Positions 57,524-64,000 of a stretch of 64,000 nt of DNA are shown here, in pieces. This DNA comes from an uncultured virus (IMG/VR IMGVR_UViG_3300006120_000020) (lineage: Duplodnaviria > Heunggongvirae > Uroviricota > Caudoviricetes): the IMG/VR virus record IMGVR_UViG_3300006120_000020; one strand, written 5' to 3'. Numbering within the stretch: position 1 is the stretch's first letter; each line of letters starts with the position of its first letter. Below the pieces are notes generated by a model, which saw nothing but the letters and a program-made list of their open reading frames with translations, was not told the DNA's origin and did no database searches. Position numbers and translations under genes: made by a program.

Positions 57524-58452
57524 TTGAACTCACATTCAACCATAATTTCGGTCAAACATGCGATCAAGTTGATTTCGTGGTCAGCCACAAATGCAGCTTG
57601 ATACTGATATTTGGCGAGGATTAGAACCAGTTGTGGTACAGAATTAGGTGACAACTTCTCATACAAACCGTCATACAGAGTACGGAAGATTCGTGATGGA
57701 TCATTGTCTAGGTTGTTTGTAACCCATTTACGAGCAGATGCAAAGTCTTTACTAGAAAGAGCTTTAACAAGGTCTGCTACCTGCACATCGGCAACTGATG
57801 CAAGAATACCTTTGTCAATTGTGCCGCCAATACTATACCGCTGAAGCTCGTTAAGAATACGGCGATTATCAGGAAAATATTTCGTGATAACTGCTGCAAC
57901 GACATCCTTCTCATATGTCACTCCTTCTGACGTAAGAATACTTTCAACTCGTTTGAAAAACTGTGTGGCCATCTTGGCTTTAGAACCGTTAGGTTTAAAG
58001 TCAATCACGGCACAACGAGAATGTAATGCATCAAGAATACGGTTCTTGAAGTTACAAGTAAAGATAAAGGAACAATTGTCAGAGACGTTTTCGATAATAC
58101 CACGCAAAGCTTTTTGTGCATCTGGTGTTAGATTATCTGCCTCATCGATGATGACAACTTTACGACCACCGGACAAACTCATTGAGGTCGCATAGTTCTT
58201 GACTTGGTTCTGCATGGTTGCGATACCACGGTCATCTGAACCGTTAATAACTAGATAGTCACAACCTACTTCTTCACACAATGCTTTTGCAATGGTGGTT
58301 TTACCAACACCTGCGGTGCCAGCCAACAATAGGTTAGGAATTTGTTTGTGATTTACGTATTCTTGAAATGTATCTTTGATACGGTCAGGAAGAATACAAT
58401 CTTCAACTTTATGTGGACGATACTTCTCTACCCACAACATGTGTTCGCTCAT
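57520..58452 (-). CDS. gp44: clamp loader large subunit (gp44)
   Basis: WVEKYRP, GVGKTT, DEAD, SRC. Confidence 0.97.
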   Translation of the reverse strand: MSEHMLWVEKYRPHKVEDCILPDRIKDTFQEYVNHKQIPNLLLAGTAGVGKTTIAKALCEEVGCDYLVINGSDDRGIATMQNQVKNYATSMSLSGGRKVVIIDEADNLTPDAQKALRGIIENVSDNCSFIFTCNFKNRILDALHSRCAVIDFKPNGSKAKMATQFFKRVESILTSEGVTYEKDVVAAVITKYFPDNRRILNELQRYSIGGTIDKGILASVADVQVADLVKALSSKDFASARKWVTNNLDNDPSRIFRTLYDGLYEKLSPNSVPQLVLILAKYQYQAAFVADHEINLIACLTEIMVECEFK

Positions 58453-58484
58453 TCAAATTCTCCATAATATAAAAATGTATTGTA

Positions 58485-58826
58485 TCAGACTTTACGCCAA
58501 ATGTCATTCTCTTTGACGTAAAGTTTACCGTCAGGACCAGGTACAATATTGACCTTCACTTCCTTTTTGGTACCTTCTACATATTCTTCACCGAAACCAA
58601 CAATATTGTATTGACTCCAAGATTGTACAGGTTTTGGTGTACCGTATGTTGCCATCAATTGCAACACAGGTTTACCTTCGAGTTGTTTTTCCAACTCTTT
58701 GGTGGGTAACTCATCTTCTTTGTAGACAATACGTTCTTTTACCTCAGCATAACCTTTGGCGCCAGCGGCCACTAGGCCAATAAGACCTAGTGACTTAGCG
58801 AACTGTCTACGACCCACCAGGCTCAT
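58485..58826 (-). CDS. hypothetical protein with Tat-like signal
   Basis: GRRQF followed by a hydrophobic segment. Confidence 0.65.
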   Translation of the reverse strand: MSLVGRRQFAKSLGLIGLVAAGAKGYAEVKERIVYKEDELPTKELEKQLEGKPVLQLMATYGTPKPVQSWSQYNIVGFGEEYVEGTKKEVKVNIVPGPDGKLYVKENDIWRKV

Positions 58827-59098
58827 TTGACTTCCAACATGGATTCAAACAACGCCTCAAACTCTTTAGATTCAGCAACTTCTGTTTGGAAGTTATTGTT
58901 GAACTGAACCTTTGCCATGCGTTTGATAATCTTTTTAGGGACTTTCAATTCTTCGTTGGCAACATTAACAATATCTTTCACGGCTTCATTGTTAGCTTTA
59001 TTGCGGTTCATATGAACCACCATTTCATCAACGTAACCTTTTAACTCTTTCAATTGTTTCTCATCAAAAGAACCAAATAATGTATTTACTTTAGTCAT
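58823..59098 (-). CDS. dsDNA-binding protein (T4 DsbA-like)
   Basis: helical pattern KKIIKRMAK..E..EFEALFE. Confidence 0.65.
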   Translation of the reverse strand: MTKVNTLFGSFDEKQLKELKGYVDEMVVHMNRNKANNEAVKDIVNVANEELKVPKKIIKRMAKVQFNNNFQTEVAESKEFEALFESMLEVK

Positions 59099-59274
59099 TG
59101 TTCAATCATCCCCACAACTTCAATGTCAGTTTCTTTGACAATAATTTGTCCGTTAATCAAATTAATCGCAGTCTTGCCTTGATTCTCACCATCTGGTGCA
59201 ATGAAGACTGCAACAACATATTCAGGGTTCAAAGCAACTTTGTTGCCAGTTACGATATCGGTTACCCAAATCAT
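59095..59274 (-). CDS. small hypothetical protein (59 aa)
   Basis: VALNPEYVVAV..; abuts neighbours; not in ORF track. Confidence 0.6.
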   Translation of the reverse strand: MIWVTDIVTGNKVALNPEYVVAVFIAPDGENQGKTAINLINGQIIVKETDIEVVGMIEQ

Positions 59275-59969
59275 TATGCGCCTACTTTCTTATCTTCAAA
59301 AGTTGAGTATTTCTTTTCCATGGCCATGAAATATTGAATATCAACTTTGTTGTTTTTAAACGATGCAAGACCTTTTGCAGAGGACTGCAATCTATATTCA
59401 CCTGGAATCATCTTCATGTTATCAACACTAAAGACAAAGGAGAATTCTTTACCTGTAGTGTTCTCACCCAACTCAATAGAGTTAATGTGTGCAGAGTCGT
59501 CAGCAGGATCACATGCGGTCAACAAGACTTTGGTGTTGTCTTTGTTTGTTTCAACAGCGATGTGTGTAGACTTCAATACAGAAGCAGACTTCAAAATAGA
59601 AGCCAAGTCTGTATCCAAAATCAAAATATCAAGTTCAACAGAAGGCAATGTCAATTCTTTCTCTGGTGGAAGAACACAATTAGAACGCTCTGTTTTGCGG
59701 TAATTTGTTTTAGAACGACCTGCTTTGAAGATAATGTCTTTATCTGTCAATTGAATTTCTGTGTCTTTGTTCAAGTTGTAAACAACCAAGAACTGATTCA
59801 AATCAACTACACAAAAATCGGCATCAAACTCATCACCCAAAGTAGCTGTGGCCAAAAGACCTTTACCTGGAGAAATAGTTTTTAGGGTCTTACCCTTTTT
59901 AAATTCGAGATTACTATTGATCGATGCAAAGTTTTGCAACACGGTCAATGTTTCGCTGGACAATTTCAT
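59274..59969 (-). CDS. gp45: sliding clamp (gp45)
   Basis: MKLS.ET..L.NFASIN, DLNQFL, NMKMIPGEY. Confidence 0.95.
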   Translation of the reverse strand: MKLSSETLTVLQNFASINSNLEFKKGKTLKTISPGKGLLATATLGDEFDADFCVVDLNQFLVVYNLNKDTEIQLTDKDIIFKAGRSKTNYRKTERSNCVLPPEKELTLPSVELDILILDTDLASILKSASVLKSTHIAVETNKDNTKVLLTACDPADDSAHINSIELGENTTGKEFSFVFSVDNMKMIPGEYRLQSSAKGLASFKNNKVDIQYFMAMEKKYSTFEDKKVGA

Positions 59970-59979
59970 AATATACTCC

Positions 59980-60630
59980 TTATTTCAATTCACTCATTAT
60001 ACCTGATCCGTATGAAAAAGCAATACGTCTAATCAAGTTATCTTTCAAGTCTTCCATAGTACCTGAGTTTTGGATAGTATAATCAATTTGACCACCAATC
60101 CAACGCCATTCAGATTCATGTATGCCAGATTGTTCTAGCATGTATTGTTCTTCTTTGTGGCCACCATGATTTGCGGTAGCTGCAATAGAATACCAATGAG
60201 GTCTTACACCACGCTCAATTTCAATCGTGATACCATTCATTGAATGAACAAATTCAATTTCATTTTGAAAACGAACATCAGTGATAACATAGTGCGTATC
60301 AGGATTTTGTTCAATATATCTTTTCAACTTGATAACCCAAAAGTCTTCATGAAATACATCACGACCAACTTCTGTACCCATCAACTGTAGTGCAAGTCGA
60401 GGTGTAAATGGCTTACCCAATTCTTTAGACCAGAATTCGTCAGGTACTTCACGCCATTCACGTGACTGTTGAGTGTCACCTTCTAACAAATGACGAGGCC
60501 AACCAAACATTTCAGCGGCCACATCTTTGACACCCTTTGCAAAAGACACAGGAGTAAATCCCATGTCTTTCAAGAGGTCGCCTGCGGTACCTTTACCTGA
60601 ACCAATAAATCCAAGTAAGCCAATAATCAT
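59980..60630 (-). CDS. dNMP kinase (gp1-like)
   Basis: GFIGSGK, PRLALQLMGTE, DVRF.NE, HESE. Confidence 0.9.
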   Translation of the reverse strand: MIIGLLGFIGSGKGTAGDLLKDMGFTPVSFAKGVKDVAAEMFGWPRHLLEGDTQQSREWREVPDEFWSKELGKPFTPRLALQLMGTEVGRDVFHEDFWVIKLKRYIEQNPDTHYVITDVRFQNEIEFVHSMNGITIEIERGVRPHWYSIAATANHGGHKEEQYMLEQSGIHESEWRWIGGQIDYTIQNSGTMEDLKDNLIRRIAFSYGSGIMSELK

Positions 60631-61448
60631 TACATTTCTCCAACGTAATTTGCGATAGATGGCATATCACCTTTGAAGTGATAAGTACCCAAGTGTTCAG
60701 TTCTCATCCATGGACACAACCAAATTTGTCCACCGATCTTACGATACATTTGGCAGAACATATAATCTTCTGACAAGTAACGATCTGAACCACCACCAGT
60801 GATAGAATCTTTGCTATCAATCACGGTGTCGAAGAACGCATGAATATAACGTGAACCATCAAAGTTGGCTTGACCAACGTGATCTGGTTTATAACGAATC
60901 ATTGGGTAAGCTTCTTCCATTTTCTGGAACACTTCACGCTTAACCATCATGAAACCGGTACCAATTTCAAGAACTTCAAGAGGTTCTGAAACATTGAATT
61001 TCTCTGTACCCTTAACTGGGTTGAAAACGAAGTCACCAGTCAATTGACCAAGTGCTTCTAGTGGCAAATCTGGGTTGCGCTTAAGAGCGGCTTGAATAGA
61101 TTTCCATTTGATTGCTTTCTTTGGATATGGTCCGCCGATAACATCTTTATCCAACGCCAACATTGCAATAACGTCTTGTGGTTGGAAGTTAATATCTGAG
61201 TCCAAGAACAACATGTGTGTACAGTCTGAACGATGGATAAATTCATCGACCAAATAGTTACGAGCACGAGTAATCAAAGATTCATTGAATAGGAAAGAAA
61301 ACTTGATACTGATGCCGTATTGCATACAAAGGCCTTGCAAGTCTAAGCAAGCTTTCATATACAAACCGTGGTTCATACCACCATACATTGGTGTAGCCAC
61401 AAATAGGCTTTTCTTTTGTAAGTCTTCTCTTTTAATTGAAATTTCCAT
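60630..61448 (-). CDS. GT-A glycosyltransferase-like protein
   Basis: ATPMYGG, ESLITRARN, FLDSD, GTGFM, LSEDY. Confidence 0.75.
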   Translation of the reverse strand: MEISIKREDLQKKSLFVATPMYGGMNHGLYMKACLDLQGLCMQYGISIKFSFLFNESLITRARNYLVDEFIHRSDCTHMLFLDSDINFQPQDVIAMLALDKDVIGGPYPKKAIKWKSIQAALKRNPDLPLEALGQLTGDFVFNPVKGTEKFNVSEPLEVLEIGTGFMMVKREVFQKMEEAYPMIRYKPDHVGQANFDGSRYIHAFFDTVIDSKDSITGGGSDRYLSEDYMFCQMYRKIGGQIWLCPWMRTEHLGTYHFKGDMPSIANYVGEM

Positions 61449-61467
61449 TTGGACTCCGTAATGGTAA

Positions 61468-61492
61468 AGAAAAAAGGGGGACTTGCCCCCTT
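61468..61492 (-). terminator. intrinsic terminator
   Basis: AAGGGGG/CCCCCTT followed by T tract. Confidence 0.7.
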
Positions 61493-61495
61493 AGA

Positions 61496-61765
61496 TTAAG
61501 CTGCCAAAGAGTAACCAGCTTGCAATGCTGCTTTCACTAGAGCTTTAGTTGGTTTGCCAAGACGATAAACTTGGGCTTTGCTGCCGTCATTCTTAGTAAC
61601 GGTGTTTGTGTAGATCACATGACCTTCTTGACGAAGTTCATCAATACGTGCAGAAACGTTTGTAACGCCGAACAATTTACGACCTTGTGCAACGGAGAAG
61701 GTGTTGTAACCTTCTGTTTTGCTCAAGTAGTTCAACATTTTAGCTTTTGCGGACAATTTAGACAT
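61496..61765 (-). CDS. winged helix-turn-helix protein
   Basis: NVSARIDELRQEG..IY..YRLG.P. Confidence 0.8.
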   Translation of the reverse strand: MSKLSAKAKMLNYLSKTEGYNTFSVAQGRKLFGVTNVSARIDELRQEGHVIYTNTVTKNDGSKAQVYRLGKPTKALVKAALQAGYSLAA

Positions 61766-61871
61766 AATATCTCCTAATAACAAAGTTTAACAAAAAATCT
61801 TGCAGATTGCAAGTATCAGTATCATATCATTATATATGATGTTTGTCAAGAATCCTAATGGCATACTTGAC

Positions 61872-63140
61872 TTATCTGCCAACTTGTGGCAAATACTTTG
61901 ACTTGGTTTCTTCCCAAGACAAATAGATTAGGTCATCATAGAAAAGTGTTTCATATGAAACGTTATTTTTCTTTTGAAGTTGCCTAATACGGCCTTTGGC
62001 ATATTTGGTTTTCCAAATATTTGTCAAAGCCTCAACACTGGTATCAAATGATTTTACCAGTGATTCTTCCGTAATTTCTTTACGGAGGAATTCGGGTGTG
62101 TTATTGTATAGTGGCGAAAAGTAAATGCCACGTTGGTGAGCACACTTCACCAATTCTTTTGGTATCTTCAACTTACTGTATGCAAAGTGTAGTGTACGAT
62201 TTTTATGGTCACGTTTGTATGGTAAGCCATTTGGTTTCTTGGCTTCCCACCATTCAAAGTAATGGCGGGTATGATTCTCTTTTACCCAATCGTATATTGT
62301 GTTGAGTAAATTACGGCTAGGGTCAAAAGCGACTGAGCCCGAACTGAATCCCATTTTAGTCCAATGTTCGAGACCATCATACTGTGATAACCCGCCGGAC
62401 TTTGCCATGCCATATAGAGAAGTAGTTGTAACGCCAACAAGAATGTCACCATATTGTCTTTTCCAATCTTCTTGAACTGTGTCAGATAGACACAAAAGTG
62501 CCAACAATTTACCACCCATATAATTAAAACCGAGTGGTTGCAAAGGAACAATCGTAGAACCGATTGCTGTGTGATTAATCATGTTACCTTGTGTCTTCAC
62601 TTCTTTAGGCCAACCAATAAACTTATCACGTGGAGTTAAGTCTAGGAAGTCAGAAGAAATACAAATGACACCAAGATACTTACCTGTGACTTCATCTGTC
62701 ACGGTGTAGTATAGGTTGCGTCCAATGTTAGAATTATTCTTCATTGTAGACGAGAATGTGCGTAGTGTGTTCCAACGGTCTGCCAACGGACCATTAGAAA
62801 GAACCATTTTAGGTTTTAATTTATCAAAATCATCCGGTGTTTCTGGCATCCAAAGATTTGATTTGATAGACTCAATATCTTTTTTCTGTTTTGGATTTAT
62901 AAGCTGAAACTCATCATCACCAAATAAAACAGAAACTTCTTTGGTAGGAAACTTTTCGTGTACCTCACACCATTTCTGGTACAAGGTATACTCACGAACA
63001 TCCATCTGTGACTTGATTGTTAAGTCTGCAATCAAATCTTCACGAAGTTTTTCGGTATCAATGTGTGTAAAACTAGAAGGATCGTTTTGATCCTTCCAGT
63101 TACTCCACTGTTCTTCAATATCAGGAATGTTTTTTGCCAT
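61872..63140 (-). CDS. DUF4338/DruA-like protein (paralog of 35613-36722)
   Basis: QPLGFNYMGGKLLA, TTSLYG, SQYDG. Confidence 0.75.
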   Translation of the reverse strand: MAKNIPDIEEQWSNWKDQNDPSSFTHIDTEKLREDLIADLTIKSQMDVREYTLYQKWCEVHEKFPTKEVSVLFGDDEFQLINPKQKKDIESIKSNLWMPETPDDFDKLKPKMVLSNGPLADRWNTLRTFSSTMKNNSNIGRNLYYTVTDEVTGKYLGVICISSDFLDLTPRDKFIGWPKEVKTQGNMINHTAIGSTIVPLQPLGFNYMGGKLLALLCLSDTVQEDWKRQYGDILVGVTTTSLYGMAKSGGLSQYDGLEHWTKMGFSSGSVAFDPSRNLLNTIYDWVKENHTRHYFEWWEAKKPNGLPYKRDHKNRTLHFAYSKLKIPKELVKCAHQRGIYFSPLYNNTPEFLRKEITEESLVKSFDTSVEALTNIWKTKYAKGRIRQLQKKNNVSYETLFYDDLIYLSWEETKSKYLPQVGR

Positions 63141-63774
63141 GGGCTTTTGTAATTTTTTCTGCGGCTTTCTCAGCACGTTTAATCAGTGTTTTAATCTTGT
63201 TACGTTTTTTCAAAGCCATTTGCAATGCAAGTGGTTTCGCACGTGAAGTATACACGATTCCGTCCATGTGGTCAAGCTCATGCAAGAAACATCTTGCACT
63301 TAAGCCAACATAGTGTGCCTCTTTTTTGTTACCGTTGAAGTCTTGGTATTCAACCCAAATCTCTTTAGGACGAGTCACCTTGAGTTCCATCATCGGGAAT
63401 GATAGACATGCTTCACCCATGTGAGTTTCACCTTCAGTTTTAACAACCTTAGGATTATAAAATGCCACATATTCTGTACCAGCACCCATTACAAACATGC
63501 GATGACGGAATCCACATTGATTTGCAGACAAGCCGTAACCACGATTTTTGATACAGGTTTCTACCATTGACGATGCAAAGTCGGCTGGATTGATTGTTGC
63601 ATTATCAAAATCAAATTCAGGCAATACTTCTCGCAAGATAGGATCATCTTCTGAAACCAAATCGAATGTCTCGATGTGGTGTTGTACCAGTTGTGATTGT
63701 TTTTCCGTGTCGATAATAATGGTATCATCATCACGCAACACATCCTTCAACTCCAAATTTACTTTTTCAACCAT
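63121..63774 (-). CDS. def: peptide deformylase
   Basis: GLSANQ, EACLS, HELDH. Confidence 0.93.
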   Translation of the reverse strand: MVEKVNLELKDVLRDDDTIIIDTEKQSQLVQHHIETFDLVSEDDPILREVLPEFDFDNATINPADFASSMVETCIKNRGYGLSANQCGFRHRMFVMGAGTEYVAFYNPKVVKTEGETHMGEACLSFPMMELKVTRPKEIWVEYQDFNGNKKEAHYVGLSARCFLHELDHMDGIVYTSRAKPLALQMALKKRNKIKTLIKRAEKAAEKITKAHGKKHS

Positions 63775-63784
63775 AATTTTCTCC

Positions 63785-63997
63785 TTATAGGTCTTCTTCA
63801 CCGATATCAAAATAACTATTCAATGATTGATTTGTTAAGAATGAATCATCGATGTTTTGATCTGTTTTACCGATAACAATTAACTTTTCCATGTTATCGC
63901 ATACTGTTTCGATATTTGATGGAACATAACCATACAGCTTTACACGGTCTTCATTAGATGATTTACCAGAATAGTAAACGCTACCCAACATTTCCAT
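63785..63997 (-). CDS. hypothetical protein (probably 5' truncated by window edge)
   Basis: open frame running to the window end. Confidence 0.5.
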   Translation of the reverse strand: MEMLGSVYYSGKSSNEDRVKLYGYVPSNIETVCDNMEKLIVIGKTDQNIDDSFLTNQSLNSYFDIGEEDL

Positions 63998-64000
63998 GTA

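Overview
64 kb of a T4-like (myovirus-type) phage genome, almost entirely coded on the minus strand. The host is Gram-negative (spanins, lipoproteins) and possibly a Betaproteobacterium (inference). It carries the T4 core replication and nucleotide genes (gp43, gp41, uvsX, gp61, gp44/62/45, regA, rnh, nrdA/B, thyX, dCMP deaminase, dNMP kinase), a lysis cassette, a block of likely capsid-targeted proteins, a glycosyltransferase cluster and auxiliary genes (groES, hsp20, def, rubrerythrin/rubredoxin). The richest part is a ~7.7 kb tRNA array (30 tRNA or tRNA-like genes, plus one more at 55.3 kb) covering all 20 amino acids. Four things stand out. (i) A candidate translation-coupled attenuator precedes the array; its 41-codon leader peptide uses all 20 amino acids and 32 different codons. 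(ii) A Ro60/TROVE-like DUF2828-vWA gene is associated with five covarying 'stem-CAGCAA' ncRNAs, several carrying tRNA or anticodon mimics (Y-RNA-like). (iii) Long-stem RNA cassettes lie between tRNAs. (iv) rrn-like boxA leaders and an 18-bp inverted repeat bracket most of the array. All protein calls come from motif recognition by eye, not from database searches.
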